64,000 nt of DNA from Pseudomonadota bacterium (GTDB lineage Bacteria > Pseudomonadota > Alphaproteobacteria > Caulobacterales > Caulobacteraceae): contig JBFLWS010000004.1 in NCBI GenBank assembly GCA_040757715.1, forward strand, positions 62,959 to 126,958, read 5' to 3'. Position numbers and translations under genes: made by a program. Positions 50,518-60,879 of the stretch are shown piece by piece. The notes below the pieces were generated by a model that was not told the origin of the DNA, did not search any database, and saw only the letters and a program-made list of their open reading frames with translations. The first letter of the stretch is position 1. Each line of letters starts with the position of its first letter.

Positions 50518-53379
50518 CTAACGAGCGCGGCTGGCGCGGGCGCGCATGCGTCTTGGCCGGGCGCGCACCGGCTCCGGCTCGGCGTCTTCCAGGATCGAGG
50601 CCAGGACGTCGCGCAAGGCGCTGATGCGCGGCGCTTCCACCAGTTTGCCGCCGTTCGCGTCAGAGACATAGAATGCGTCCACGGCGCGCTCGCCGTAACA
50701 GTCCACGTGGGCCGATTGCAGGGACAGTCCGGCCTCGGTGAGCGCGCGGGCGAGGGATTCGAGAAGGCCGGGCCGGTCGCGCCCGGACACTTCCACCACG
50801 GTGCAGGTTTCCGAAGCCTCGTTGTCCACGGTCACGGACGGCGCCACCGCGAAAGCCGCCGCGCGGCCGAGATCGACGGGTTTGGTGGAATCGCCGCGGG
50901 TCCACTCGCCCAAGGCCGCCGCCTCCAGCGCCTTGACGAGGCGCGCGCGCGCCTCCGGGTTCTCATAACCGTAGGCTGACCCGAGCGCGTCCTGGACCAG
51001 AAACACGTCCAAGACCTTGCCCGCGCTGGAGGTGTAGATGCGCGCGCCAACCACGTTGGCGCCATAGGCGGCCAAGACGCCCGCCAGATCGGCGAACAGA
51101 CCGCGTCGGTCCCGCGCCGCCACGGCCACCTCGGTGACCAAACCGCCGGGCGCCAACCGTTCCCGCGCCGCGGCCCCGCCCTGCTCCCCGGCTCTTTGGC
51201 TCAGCATATAGTGGTCTTGGTGATCCTCATCCCCGAAGGCGTTGAAATAGGCGTCCTCCATCTCCGAGGCCCACTGCTCCCGCGACGGGATCGTTCCCTC
51301 GCTGGCGGCGCTGATGAACTGACGGCGGGATTGCATGGCCAGCTCCACCTGGCGCAGCCGGAACAGGTTGGCGAGGTCAGGCCCGCGACCGCCGCGGAAC
51401 ACGGCCTCCGCCGCGAGATAAAGCTCGCGCAGGAGCTGACCCTTCCAGCCGTTCCACACCCCCGGTCCCACCGCCTGGATGTCGGCGATGGTGAGGACAA
51501 GCAGCTGGCGCATCCGCTCCGGCCGTTCCATGATCTCCACGAAATCGGAGACGGTCCTGGGATCAGCCACGTCGCGCTTCTGCGCGTAGTCCGACATGAC
51601 CAGGTGGTGCTCCACCAGCCACACGACCAGGTTGATCTGCTCGGACGGCAGGTGGAGACGCTCGCACGCCGAGCGAGCCGCCCGGGCGCCGGCCAGCGAC
51701 TGCCCTCCCTGACCGCCCTTGCCGGTGTCGTGCAGCAGCATGGCCAAGAAAACAGATTCCCAATCCTCGATCAGCGGCGCCACCTGACGGGCCAAATCCC
51801 CCCCAAGTTCGTCGCTCAAACTGCCGGCGCGCATGGCGGCTACCGCAGCCACCGCTCGAAGCGTGTGCTCGTCCACCGTGTAGGAGTGGTACATGTTGAA
51901 CTGCATCTGCGCCACGATGTGCCCGAACTCCGGCAGATAGCGGCCGAGCACGCCGGACTCGTTCATCAGCGTCAGGGCGCGATAGGTGTCGCGGCCGCGG
52001 GTCAGAATGTCCAGGAACACGGCGGCCGCCTGAGGATCACGGCGAAGCTTTGGCGTGATCAGATTCAGCGACCGGTTGACGCAGGCGTAGGCGTCGGGAT
52101 GCAAATCGAGGTTGCGCTGGTCCGCCAACTTGAACAGGCGCAAGAGCTGGACAGGGTCGCGTTCGAATTCGCCAGCGCCATCCACGGTGAGGCGCCCGCC
52201 TTCGATGTGGAACCCAGCCTCCAAGGGTCGCCGAGACCCGCGCAGCAAGCCGGGCAGAAAACGCGACAGGCCCGCGGGCCGTTTCTTGGCTTGCTGGTCT
52301 TCCAGCTGGGCGCAGAACACCCGGGTCAGCACGCCCACTTCCCGGGCGATGAGGAAGTAGCGGCGCATGAAGCGCTCTACAGCCGGCTCAATAGCCGCTT
52401 CCGAGCCTTGGGCGGTCTTGTCCACATAGCCCATGCGTCGGGCGATTTCCGGCTGCAGGTCGAAGGTGAGGCGCTCCTCCGGTCGGCCCGTGGCGTAATG
52501 CAGGTGCGCGCGCACCGCCCACAGAAAGTCGAAGGCGCGGATGAAGGCCTTGAGCTCGCGGCCCGTAAAGGCTTCCAGCCGCACCAGTTCGCTCGGCGTG
52601 TCAGACGGGTGCAGATACTGGGCGATCCAGAACAGGGTGTTCAGATCGCGCAGCCCGCCCTTGCCTTCCTTCACATTGGGCTCGACGAGGTAGCGCGAAG
52701 CGCCGGCGCGGGTGTGACGGTCGTCGCGCTCCTTCAGCTTGGCGGCGACGAATTCCGGGCCCGTGCCCTCCATCACCTCCTTGCGGAAGCGCTGTTTGAA
52801 ATCCCGGGCGAGCTCGGCGTCCCCCGCTAGCAGCCGCGTCTCCAACAGCGCCGTCCGGATGGTGAAATCGGTGCGCGACAGCTTCACGCAGTCGTCGATG
52901 GTGCGCGAGGCGTGGCCGACCTTGAAGCCCAGATCCCACAGCGCATAGAGCATGTACTCGATGACGCTCTCCACGTGCGGGGTCTGCTTGTACGGCCGCA
53001 GGAACAGGAGATCGACGTCGGAGAAGGGCGCGAGGGCGCCGCGACCGTAGCCGCCCATGGCCATCAGGGCGAGGCGCTCGCCCTCGGTGGGGTTGCGGGC
53101 GCGGAACACGTGCACGGTGGTGAAGTCGTAGAGGGCGGTGATCACCTCGTCCGCCACCCGGGAATTGAGCCGGGCGGTCTCAATGCCGCCAGCGCCATTT
53201 TCCAAACGCTCCTTGGCGATCATGCGGCCGCGGAACAGGGCGGCGCGCAGCACCTCCAAGGCGCGACGACGCTGTTCGGCCTCGTCGCCCAGCGCGTCCA
53301 GGGCCGCGGCGGTGAGCTGCGCCCTGAGGCGCGCGCCGTCGACGACATACTCAATGCGGGTGGGGCGGAGGCGGGACAT
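50518..53379 (-). CDS. glnD: [protein-PII] uridylyltransferase / uridylyl-removing enzyme
   Basis: 953 aa with a nucleotidyltransferase N-terminus (GGYGRGALAPFSDVDLLF), an HD domain (LLHDTGKG) and two C-terminal ACT-like domains. Confidence 0.93.
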   Translation of the reverse strand: MSRLRPTRIEYVVDGARLRAQLTAAALDALGDEAEQRRRALEVLRAALFRGRMIAKERLENGAGGIETARLNSRVADEVITALYDFTTVHVFRARNPTEGERLALMAMGGYGRGALAPFSDVDLLFLRPYKQTPHVESVIEYMLYALWDLGFKVGHASRTIDDCVKLSRTDFTIRTALLETRLLAGDAELARDFKQRFRKEVMEGTGPEFVAAKLKERDDRHTRAGASRYLVEPNVKEGKGGLRDLNTLFWIAQYLHPSDTPSELVRLEAFTGRELKAFIRAFDFLWAVRAHLHYATGRPEERLTFDLQPEIARRMGYVDKTAQGSEAAIEPAVERFMRRYFLIAREVGVLTRVFCAQLEDQQAKKRPAGLSRFLPGLLRGSRRPLEAGFHIEGGRLTVDGAGEFERDPVQLLRLFKLADQRNLDLHPDAYACVNRSLNLITPKLRRDPQAAAVFLDILTRGRDTYRALTLMNESGVLGRYLPEFGHIVAQMQFNMYHSYTVDEHTLRAVAAVAAMRAGSLSDELGGDLARQVAPLIEDWESVFLAMLLHDTGKGGQGGQSLAGARAARSACERLHLPSEQINLVVWLVEHHLVMSDYAQKRDVADPRTVSDFVEIMERPERMRQLLVLTIADIQAVGPGVWNGWKGQLLRELYLAAEAVFRGGRGPDLANLFRLRQVELAMQSRRQFISAASEGTIPSREQWASEMEDAYFNAFGDEDHQDHYMLSQRAGEQGGAAARERLAPGGLVTEVAVAARDRRGLFADLAGVLAAYGANVVGARIYTSSAGKVLDVFLVQDALGSAYGYENPEARARLVKALEAAALGEWTRGDSTKPVDLGRAAAFAVAPSVTVDNEASETCTVVEVSGRDRPGLLESLARALTEAGLSLQSAHVDCYGERAVDAFYVSDANGGKLVEAPRISALRDVLASILEDAEPEPVRARPRRMRARASRAR

Positions 53380-53424
53380 GGCGCCTATATAAGCGCTGCT
53401 CGTAAAAGCGTCACTTAAACTGAA

Positions 53425-56151
53425 TTAGTTGGCGCCGTCTTCAGTCAGGTTTTTCAACCTATAGAGCGCCTCCAGCGCCTCGCGGGGACTGAGCGCGTCC
53501 GGATCGATATCACGCAGCAGGGCCTCGGCCTTGGACGGCTTGGCCGGCGCCTCGATGCGCAGAGGCTGGGCCGCGAACAGGGGGAGATCGTCCAGCCGCC
53601 CAGGGGAAGCCGGGTCCTTTTCCAATCGCTCCAAGACTTCCCGCGCCCGGGCCACCACCAGGTGCGGCACGCCGGCGAGCTTGGCCACCTGCACGCCATA
53701 GGACCGATCCGCCGCCCCCGGCCCGGCTTCGTGCAGGAAGACGAGGTCGCCGTTCCACTCCTTGGCGCGCATGGAGACGTTGGCGAGATGAGCGAGGCGT
53801 CCTTCAAGCTTGGCCAGCTCATGATAGTGGGTGGCGAAGAGGGCGCGGCAGCGGTTGACGTTGTGGAGGGCCTCGGCCACCGCCCAGGCGATGGCCAGAC
53901 CGTCGTAGGTGGCGGTGCCGCGGCCGATCTCGTCGAGGATAACGAAGCTCCTCGGCGTCGCCTGGGTGAGGATGGCGGCGGTCTCCACCATCTCGGCCAT
54001 GAAGGTGGAGCGACCCCGGGCGAGATCATCGCCCGCCCCCACGCGGCTGAACAGGCGGTCCACCACGCCGAGCCGCAGACGCCTCGCCGGCACGAAGGAC
54101 CCTGCCTGGGCCAGCACCGCGAGGAGGGCGTTCTGACGCAGAAAGGTGGACTTTCCGGCCATGTTGGGGCCGGTGACCAGGGCAAGACGCGGCCCCGCCT
54201 CGCCCGAGCCGTCCAGGCGGGCGTCGTTGGGCGTGTAGGGCTGGCCGGCGCGGCGGAGCGCCGCCTCCACCACCGGATGGCGGGCGGCCTCCACCTCGAA
54301 CACGGCGCTGTCCTCCACCTCCGGCCGCACGGCGCCGACCTCCTCAGCCCATTCGGCGAGAGCCGCGGCGACATCGAGCCGGGCCAAGGCTTCGGCCAGG
54401 GCCTGCAAGGGCGCGGCGAGAGCCAGGGCCTCAGCGCGGAAGGCCTCGAACTGCTCCACCTCCATGGCCCGGCAGCGATCGGCGGCCTGGGCGATCTTGG
54501 CGTCGAGCTCGGCCAGCTCCACGGTGGTGAAGCGCACCTGATTGGCGGTGGTCTGGCGGTGGATGAAGCTCGCCGACCAAGGCGGCTGCATCAGCCCTTC
54601 CGCCTGCTTGGCCGTGGCGTCGACGAAATAGCCCAAGACCGCATTGTGTCGGATCTTCAGATTGAGCCCGGTCTCCTGCTGCAGGCGGCCTTCCAAGGCG
54701 GCCACCACCCGGCGGCTGTCGTCGCGCAGGGCCCGGGTCTGGTCGAGCTCGGGACGGAAGCTGGGCGTAATGAAGCCGCCGTCGCGGGCGAGCGGCGGCG
54801 GCTCGGCGTCGAGCCCGGCGCGAAGGTCGCCGAGATAGGCCGCAAGGTCGGGCTTATCGGCGAGGGAAAGGTCGGCGAGGGCGGCGGCGATCTCGGCGGG
54901 GGGTGGATCGAGCGGATCGGGGGCGAGGGCGAAGCGCGCCACGGTCTCCTCACCGGCAGAAAGCGCCGCGCGCAAGGCGGCGAGGTCGCGCGGTCCGCCG
55001 CGACCGAGGGCGAGGCGGGTGAGCGAGCGTGCCGGATCGCCAGCGCCGCGCAGGGCCGCGCGCACATCCTCGCGCAGCCGCCGACGTTCGCGGAAATAGG
55101 CTACGGCGTCCAGGCGCGTGTGAATCAAGGACGGGTTGAGCAGGGGCCTGGCGAGGCGATCGGCCAGAAGTCGTGCGCCTGCCGAGGTGACGGTGCGGTC
55201 CACCGCCGCCAGCAAGGAGCCCTCCCGAGCGCCGGATTGGGTGCGGTCGAGCTCCAGACTCGCACGCGTGGCCGGATCGATGGCCATGATCTCGGCGTCC
55301 GACCCCCGGCGCGGGGCGCGCAACAACGGGATCTTGCCGGCTTGCGTGGCTTCCAGGTGCGCGGCGATGAGGCCGAGCGCCGACACTTCCGCCGGCGATA
55401 GGGCGCCGAAGCCGTCCAGCGTCTCCACCCCATAGAGCCGCTTCACCCGCGCCGCCGCCGCGCCCGGTTCGGCAAGGGCGGAGGGCAGGGGCTGGGCGAG
55501 ACCGCCGGCCGATTTCACCGCCTGAGCGACCTGCTCATCAGCGAACAGCCGGTCAGGGACGAGGATTTCCGACGGCCGCATGGCGGCCAGGGTCGGGCCG
55601 AGCGCGGATTTGGCGAGGGCGAGGCACTCCACATCGCCGGTGGAGAGGTCGACGGAGGCGAGGGCCGCTTCCCCAGCGCGAACGGCGATCGCGGCCAGGC
55701 GATTGGCGCCCCGCGCGTCGAGCAAGGCCTCTTCGGTGAGGGTGCCGGGCGTCACCACCCGCACGATGTCTCGCCGAACCACCGCCTTGGAGCCGCGCTT
55801 CTTGGCCTCGGCCGGATCCTCCATCTGTTCGCAGATGGCCACCTTGAACCCGGCGCGGATCAGCTTGGCGAGATAGGCCTCGGCCGCATGCACGGGCACC
55901 CCGGCCATGGGGATTTCCTGGCCGGAATGCTTGCCGCGGGCGGTGAGGGTGATGCCAAGCGCTTCAGCGGCCAGCTTGGCGTCCTCGAAGAACAGCTCGT
56001 AGAAATCGCCCATGCGGAAGAACACCAGGGCGTCGGGCTGGCGCGCCTTGGTCTCGAAGAACTGCGCCATCACCGGCGTGGCGGCGGCGACGTCGAAGCC
56101 GCCCACGTCAAAGCCGGGGGCGGTGTCATCCTGGGCGGGCGAAGCAGTCAT
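53425..56151 (-). CDS. mutS: DNA mismatch repair protein MutS
   Basis: N-terminal TPVMAQFFETK...FFRMGDFYELF and Walker A GPNMAGKSTFLRQ. 908 aa. Confidence 0.95.
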   Translation of the reverse strand: MTASPAQDDTAPGFDVGGFDVAAATPVMAQFFETKARQPDALVFFRMGDFYELFFEDAKLAAEALGITLTARGKHSGQEIPMAGVPVHAAEAYLAKLIRAGFKVAICEQMEDPAEAKKRGSKAVVRRDIVRVVTPGTLTEEALLDARGANRLAAIAVRAGEAALASVDLSTGDVECLALAKSALGPTLAAMRPSEILVPDRLFADEQVAQAVKSAGGLAQPLPSALAEPGAAAARVKRLYGVETLDGFGALSPAEVSALGLIAAHLEATQAGKIPLLRAPRRGSDAEIMAIDPATRASLELDRTQSGAREGSLLAAVDRTVTSAGARLLADRLARPLLNPSLIHTRLDAVAYFRERRRLREDVRAALRGAGDPARSLTRLALGRGGPRDLAALRAALSAGEETVARFALAPDPLDPPPAEIAAALADLSLADKPDLAAYLGDLRAGLDAEPPPLARDGGFITPSFRPELDQTRALRDDSRRVVAALEGRLQQETGLNLKIRHNAVLGYFVDATAKQAEGLMQPPWSASFIHRQTTANQVRFTTVELAELDAKIAQAADRCRAMEVEQFEAFRAEALALAAPLQALAEALARLDVAAALAEWAEEVGAVRPEVEDSAVFEVEAARHPVVEAALRRAGQPYTPNDARLDGSGEAGPRLALVTGPNMAGKSTFLRQNALLAVLAQAGSFVPARRLRLGVVDRLFSRVGAGDDLARGRSTFMAEMVETAAILTQATPRSFVILDEIGRGTATYDGLAIAWAVAEALHNVNRCRALFATHYHELAKLEGRLAHLANVSMRAKEWNGDLVFLHEAGPGAADRSYGVQVAKLAGVPHLVVARAREVLERLEKDPASPGRLDDLPLFAAQPLRIEAPAKPSKAEALLRDIDPDALSPREALEALYRLKNLTEDGAN

Positions 56152-56193
56152 GGCCTGTGGCTAGCAGAGCTGGGGCGGCCTGCAAACGGCGCA

Positions 56194-56565
56194 TTAAAGG
56201 TGCGGCCAGGCGTCAGGGATATGTCGGGGCCAGCGACCGGGAGCGAGGGCGAAGAGATCGATGCGGACGCCAAGGCCGCGCAGGTCGCTGCGCTGGGCGG
56301 CGACCGCTTCGCCGGCACGGCGCAGGCGCTGTAGCTGCATGGGGGTCACAGCGGCGAAGGCTTCATCCAGGGTGCGGCGACGCTTCACCTCCACCACCGC
56401 CACCACGCCTTGGCGCAGGGCCAGAATGTCGATCTCCACGCCGTGGGACTTCAGCCGAAAGCCGAGGATGCGCCAGCCGGTGAGCATCAGAAAGAGCGCC
56501 GCCTGCCACTCGGCGAAATGTCCCTCTCGCCACGCCCGGCGGCCTCGAGCGCGGCGCGGGTTCAT
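56194..56565 (-). CDS. yraN: YraN family (UPF0102) endonuclease-like protein
   Basis: 123 aa with ...GEIDILAL....VVAVVEVKRR.... 4-nt overlap with rsmI, the usual partner. Confidence 0.8.
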   Translation of the reverse strand: MNPRRARGRRAWREGHFAEWQAALFLMLTGWRILGFRLKSHGVEIDILALRQGVVAVVEVKRRRTLDEAFAAVTPMQLQRLRRAGEAVAAQRSDLRGLGVRIDLFALAPGRWPRHIPDAWPHL

Positions 56566-57422
56566 GCGACCCCCTTCAGCTCCAGCGCGCGCTTATAGAG
56601 CTCGCGGCGAGGCAGGCCGAGGGCCTTGGCCACCTCGGCGGCGGCTTCGGCGGGCCCGGCGCGGGTAAGAGCCTCCTTGAGCGCTCGGTCGGCGTCGTCG
56701 GCGCTGGCGGCCTTTTCCTCGCCGGGGCCCACCAGCACCACGATCTCCCCCTTTGGAGCTTGCAGGCGCTCGTCCGTGGCCAATTCGCTCAGGCGCCCGC
56801 GGATGCAGGTCTCGTGCAGCTTGGTGAGTTCACGAGCCACGGCCGCCGGGCGGTCGCCGAACACCTCGGCCATGTCCGCGAGACTGTCGGCCAGGCGCGG
56901 TCCGGTCTCGTAGAACACCAAGGTTGCGCGCACCGGGGCCAGCTCTTCAAACAGGGTCTTGCGCGCGCCCGACTTGGGCGAGGCGAAACCGGCAAAAAGA
57001 AAACGATCCGTAGGCAGGCCGGCGATGGCCAGGGCCGCGAGCAGCGCCGAGGCGCCCGGAATGGGATAGACCGCGACCCCCGCCGCAGCGGCCTCGGCCA
57101 CCAGCCGGTAGCCGGGATCGGACACCAGGGGCGTGCCGGCGTCGGAGACCAGAGCCACCCGGGCGCCCGCCTGCAGTTCGGCGATGATCTTGGGCCGCTC
57201 GCGCTCCCCCACATGATCATCGTAACGCTGCATGCGTTTTTTCAGGTCGTAGGCGGACAGAAGTTTGGCCGTCACCCGCGTGTCTTCGGCGAGAATGAGG
57301 TCGGCGGCGGCCAGGACGTCGAGGGCGCGCAAGGTCAGGTCGCGCAAGTTGCCGATGGGGGTGGAGACGATGTAGAGCCCCGGCTCCAGCGGCGCATCGA
57401 GTTTCGGTTTAGGCGGCGACAT
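56562..57422 (-). CDS. rsmI: 16S rRNA (cytidine1402-2'-O)-methyltransferase
   Basis: LYIVSTPIGNLRDLTLRAL...ILAEDTR... is the tetrapyrrole-methylase-like RsmI N-terminus. Confidence 0.9.
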   Translation of the reverse strand: MSPPKPKLDAPLEPGLYIVSTPIGNLRDLTLRALDVLAAADLILAEDTRVTAKLLSAYDLKKRMQRYDDHVGERERPKIIAELQAGARVALVSDAGTPLVSDPGYRLVAEAAAAGVAVYPIPGASALLAALAIAGLPTDRFLFAGFASPKSGARKTLFEELAPVRATLVFYETGPRLADSLADMAEVFGDRPAAVARELTKLHETCIRGRLSELATDERLQAPKGEIVVLVGPGEEKAASADDADRALKEALTRAGPAEAAAEVAKALGLPRRELYKRALELKGVA

Positions 57423-57474
57423 GGCCCATATGAGCCTGTTCGCCGGGCGGAGCCAAGGCTTAGGCCTGCAAGTC

Positions 57475-58341
57475 TCAGGCGACGACGCCCCCGGCGCGCA
57501 CGGCTTCCAGTCCCAACATGGCTGCTTTTCGGGCGAGGCCCCAGTGATAGCCGGTGAGCCGCCCGTCCTTGGCGATGGCCCGATGGCAGGGGATCAGGAA
57601 GGAGATGGGATTGGCGCCGATGGCGGCGCCGGCGGCCCGAGCCGCTCCTGGTGCGCCGGCGAGTTTGGCCACCTCGCCGTAGGACAGCGTGCGGCCTTCC
57701 GGGATCTGCAAGAGCGCCTTCCACACCTGGATATGGAACGGCGGACCGATAAGCACCAGCTGAGGCGCGGGTCCGGCGCCGAACACCTGAGCCGCGAAAC
57801 GCGTCGCCGCGGCGTCCTCGCGCACCCAGGTCGCGGCGGGCCAGCGTCGATGCATGTCCTCGAAGGCCGCGGCCTCATCGCCATCCACGAAGGCGAGACC
57901 GCAAAGACCCCGCGGCGTGGCCACGAACAGTCCCTCGCCAAAGGGCGTGGGGGCGACGCCCCAGGCGAGGGTCAGGCCCTCGCCGCGCCGGCGCGCCTCG
58001 CCGGGGGTGGCCGCCTCCTGGGCGATGAACAGGTCGTGCAGACGCGAGGGTCCGGAGAGGCCGATGTCGAAGGCCGCGTCGAGCACGCTCGCCCCCGCTT
58101 CTAGCGCCCGCCGGGCCTCGGCGTGGGCGATGGCGGCCACGAAGGATTTCGGGCTCACTCCGGCCCAGCGGGTGAAGATGCGCTGAAAATGATGCGGCGA
58201 GAGGCCCATCTCCGCGGCGAGGTCGTCCAGGGACGGATGTTCGCGCCAATTCGCAGCGAGCCAGGCGAGCGCCTTTTCCATGCGCCGATAGTCCGCGGCG
58301 CGCTCGGCGAGGGTCGGGTGGGGAATTGCGGTGTGGTCCAT
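57475..58341 (-). CDS. AraC-type HTH fused to methylated-DNA--protein-cysteine methyltransferase (Ada/Ogt-like)
   Basis: The N-terminal half has an AraC HTH (...LDDLAAEMGLSPHHFQRIFTRWAGVSPKSF...). The C-terminal half has the MGMT active site IPCHRAI. Confidence 0.82.
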   Translation of the reverse strand: MDHTAIPHPTLAERAADYRRMEKALAWLAANWREHPSLDDLAAEMGLSPHHFQRIFTRWAGVSPKSFVAAIAHAEARRALEAGASVLDAAFDIGLSGPSRLHDLFIAQEAATPGEARRRGEGLTLAWGVAPTPFGEGLFVATPRGLCGLAFVDGDEAAAFEDMHRRWPAATWVREDAAATRFAAQVFGAGPAPQLVLIGPPFHIQVWKALLQIPEGRTLSYGEVAKLAGAPGAARAAGAAIGANPISFLIPCHRAIAKDGRLTGYHWGLARKAAMLGLEAVRAGGVVA

Positions 58342-58461
58342 GGGGTGAGACTAGCGCCTCATTGCTCGGGGCGCCGCCCGCTTCTTGCGACGTTTGCCGT
58401 CGGACGAGTTGGATTGCTATGGAAGCCGTCCACTCCGAGCCGAACCGCTGGGACCAGCCCC

Positions 58462-59106
58462 ATGACCTCCGACACCGATACCGCTCGTATCGCCGAAATC
58501 TTCCGCCGCTTCGACGCCGCCGAACCCGACCCCAAAACCGAGCTCGCCTACAAGAACCCCTATACCCTAGTGGTGGCGGTAGCCCTTTCGGCCCAGGCCA
58601 CTGACGTATCGGTGAACAAGGCGACCAAGGCGCTGTTCGAGCTCGCCGATACGCCCAAGGCCATGCTGGACCTTGGGATCGAGCGGCTCACCGACATGAT
58701 CAAGACCATCGGGCTCTACCGCAACAAGGCCAAGAACGTCATCGCCCTGTCACAAATCCTGGTGGATCAGTACGGCGGCGAGGTTCCGCTCATTCGCGCG
58801 GCGCTGGAGTCCCTGCCGGGCGTGGGGCGCAAGACGGCCAGCGTGGTGCTGAACGAACTCGGCGTCGAGCCGGCCATCGCCGTGGACACCCATGTGTTCC
58901 GCGTCGCGCACCGGCTGGGTCTCTCGCAGGCGTCGACGCCGGACAGCGTGGAAAAGGACCTGATGCGCATCACGCCCGAGCCCTTGCGCACCCGGGCGCA
59001 CCACTGGCTGATCCTGCACGGTCGCTATGTGTGCGTGGCGCGCAAGCCCAAGTGCGGCCAGTGCCCTATCGCCGAGCTTTGCCCCTCACGGGAGCCGGGG
59101 CTCTAG
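58462..59106 (+). CDS. nth: endonuclease III
   Basis: HhH-GPD blocks (...LPGVGRKTASVVLN...VDTHVFRV...) and the 4Fe-4S cluster loop CVARKPKCGQCPIAELC. Start re-called at MTSDTD (58462). Confidence 0.92.
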   Translation: MTSDTDTARIAEIFRRFDAAEPDPKTELAYKNPYTLVVAVALSAQATDVSVNKATKALFELADTPKAMLDLGIERLTDMIKTIGLYRNKAKNVIALSQILVDQYGGEVPLIRAALESLPGVGRKTASVVLNELGVEPAIAVDTHVFRVAHRLGLSQASTPDSVEKDLMRITPEPLRTRAHHWLILHGRYVCVARKPKCGQCPIAELCPSREPGL

Positions 59107-60009
59107 CTGCGACAAACGCCGGCAGATGTCGTCGAGCTGTTCGATGCTTTCGAACTTCACCCGCACCTCGCCGCGATGATCGGCTTCGATGATCTCCACC
59201 TGATAGCCCAGCAAGAGGGAGATATCGTGCTCCAGTCCGGCGATGTTCGGGTCCTTGTAGACGGGCGACTTCACCGGCTTGCGGGCGCCGCCGTCCGGGC
59301 GATCCTGCGCCTCGCGGGCGAGGGCCTCGGCCTGACGCACGGATAGGCCGCGATCGACGATCATCTCGGCGAGGCGTCCTGGCTCAGGCGCCGAGGCGAT
59401 GGCCCGAGCATGGCCGCTGGTGAGCCGGCCGGCGGTGAGATGCTCCCGCACCGTGTCAGGCAAGCTGAGCAGGCGCAGGATGTTGGCCACATGGCTGCGG
59501 CTCTTGCCCACCGACTGGGCGATCATATCTTGGGTCCGCCCGAAGCGATCCATCAAGATCTTGTAGCTCTGCGCCTCTTCCAGCGGATTGAGGTCCACCC
59601 GCTGCACGTTCTCGATGATGCCGATCTCCAGCACATCCAGATCGTCCAGCTCGCGCACCACGATGGGCACCACGTGCAGATTGGCCCGCTGGGCGGCGCG
59701 CCAGCGGCGTTCGCCGGCGACGATCTGAAATTCGCCGGGCGCGCCGGGGGCCGGGCGGACCAGGATCGGCTGCAAGAGCCCCTTCTGGCGCACGGACTCG
59801 GCCAGCTCTTCCAGGGCCTCTTCGTCGAAGAAGCGGCGTGGCTGGTCCGGATTGCGGCGCAAGAGCTCGATGGGCGCCTCGCGCACGCCCGCCAAACCCG
59901 GCACGGCCTCGCCCGGCGGAGCCTCCACCACCAGGGGCGCGTCCGCCTCGTCCAGCAGGGCCGACAGCCCGCGTCCCAGTCCTCGACGTCCGCCTGAAGG
60001 TTCGGCCAT
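59086..60009 (-). CDS. parB: chromosome partitioning protein ParB
   Basis: ...GLGRGLSALL..., the ParB box ...IVAGERRWRAA... and an HTH region. Lies immediately downstream of parA. Confidence 0.93.
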   Translation of the reverse strand: MAEPSGGRRGLGRGLSALLDEADAPLVVEAPPGEAVPGLAGVREAPIELLRRNPDQPRRFFDEEALEELAESVRQKGLLQPILVRPAPGAPGEFQIVAGERRWRAAQRANLHVVPIVVRELDDLDVLEIGIIENVQRVDLNPLEEAQSYKILMDRFGRTQDMIAQSVGKSRSHVANILRLLSLPDTVREHLTAGRLTSGHARAIASAPEPGRLAEMIVDRGLSVRQAEALAREAQDRPDGGARKPVKSPVYKDPNIAGLEHDISLLLGYQVEIIEADHRGEVRVKFESIEQLDDICRRLSQLEPRLP

Positions 60010-60024
60010 GTTCGCTCTATCTCC

Positions 60025-60879
60025 TTAGGCGGCGACGCTGGCGGCGCGCGCCCGTTCCCGCACCACCACTTCCTTGGCGAGCTTCAGATAGGCCTGGCTG
60101 CCGGCGCAGCGCAGGTCATAGATCAGAGCTGGCTTGCCGAAGGAGGGGGCTTCCGACACCCGCACATTGCGCGGGATGACGGCATTATAAACCTTGTCGC
60201 CGAAGTGGGCACGGACGTCGGCGGCCACCTGTTCGGATAAGCTGTTGCGGCGGTCGTACATGGTGAGAACCACGCCCTGAATCTCCAGGGCCGGGTTCAG
60301 ACTGCCCCGCACCAGATCCACCGTGCGCATGAGCTGAGTGAGACCCTCCAGGGCGAAGAATTCGCATTGCAGGGGAACCAGCACCGCATCCGCCGCGGTC
60401 ATGGCGTTGACCGTAAGCAGGTTCAGCGACGGCGGACAGTCGATAAGCACGTAGGAAAAGCCGTTGGGATTGGCGAGGCGGAAGCTTTCCAGGGCGTCGC
60501 GCAGGCGGTGCGAGCGGCGGGCGGCCTGGGAGAGCTCGATCTCCACTCCCGACAGGTCGGCGTCAGCCGGAATAATTTCGAGCCCGGGGACCGAGGTCTG
60601 CACCACGGCGTCGGCCAGAGGCTGCTCGCCCACCAGCACGTCATAGATGGTGCGCTTCCGCTGCGCCCTGGGCACGCCGAGACCGGTGGAGGCGTTGCCC
60701 TGCGGGTCGATGTCGATGATCAGCACCCGCTCGCCCACAGCGGCGAGCGCCGTGCCCAGATTGATGGCCGTGGTGGTTTTGCCCACGCCGCCCTTCTGGT
60801 TGGCTACCGCGAGGACGCGCGGGCGAGCCGCGAATTGCACGCCAGGTTCAGACACGGGACAGCTTCTCCAATCTGACAA
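60025..60879 (-). CDS. parA: chromosome partitioning ATPase ParA
   Basis: Deviant Walker A NQKGGVGKTT. The exact start is uncertain (the ORF overlaps the rsmG 3' end by 32 nt). Confidence 0.92.
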   Translation of the reverse strand: MSDWRSCPVSEPGVQFAARPRVLAVANQKGGVGKTTTAINLGTALAAVGERVLIIDIDPQGNASTGLGVPRAQRKRTIYDVLVGEQPLADAVVQTSVPGLEIIPADADLSGVEIELSQAARRSHRLRDALESFRLANPNGFSYVLIDCPPSLNLLTVNAMTAADAVLVPLQCEFFALEGLTQLMRTVDLVRGSLNPALEIQGVVLTMYDRRNSLSEQVAADVRAHFGDKVYNAVIPRNVRVSEAPSFGKPALIYDLRCAGSQAYLKLAKEVVVRERARAASVAA

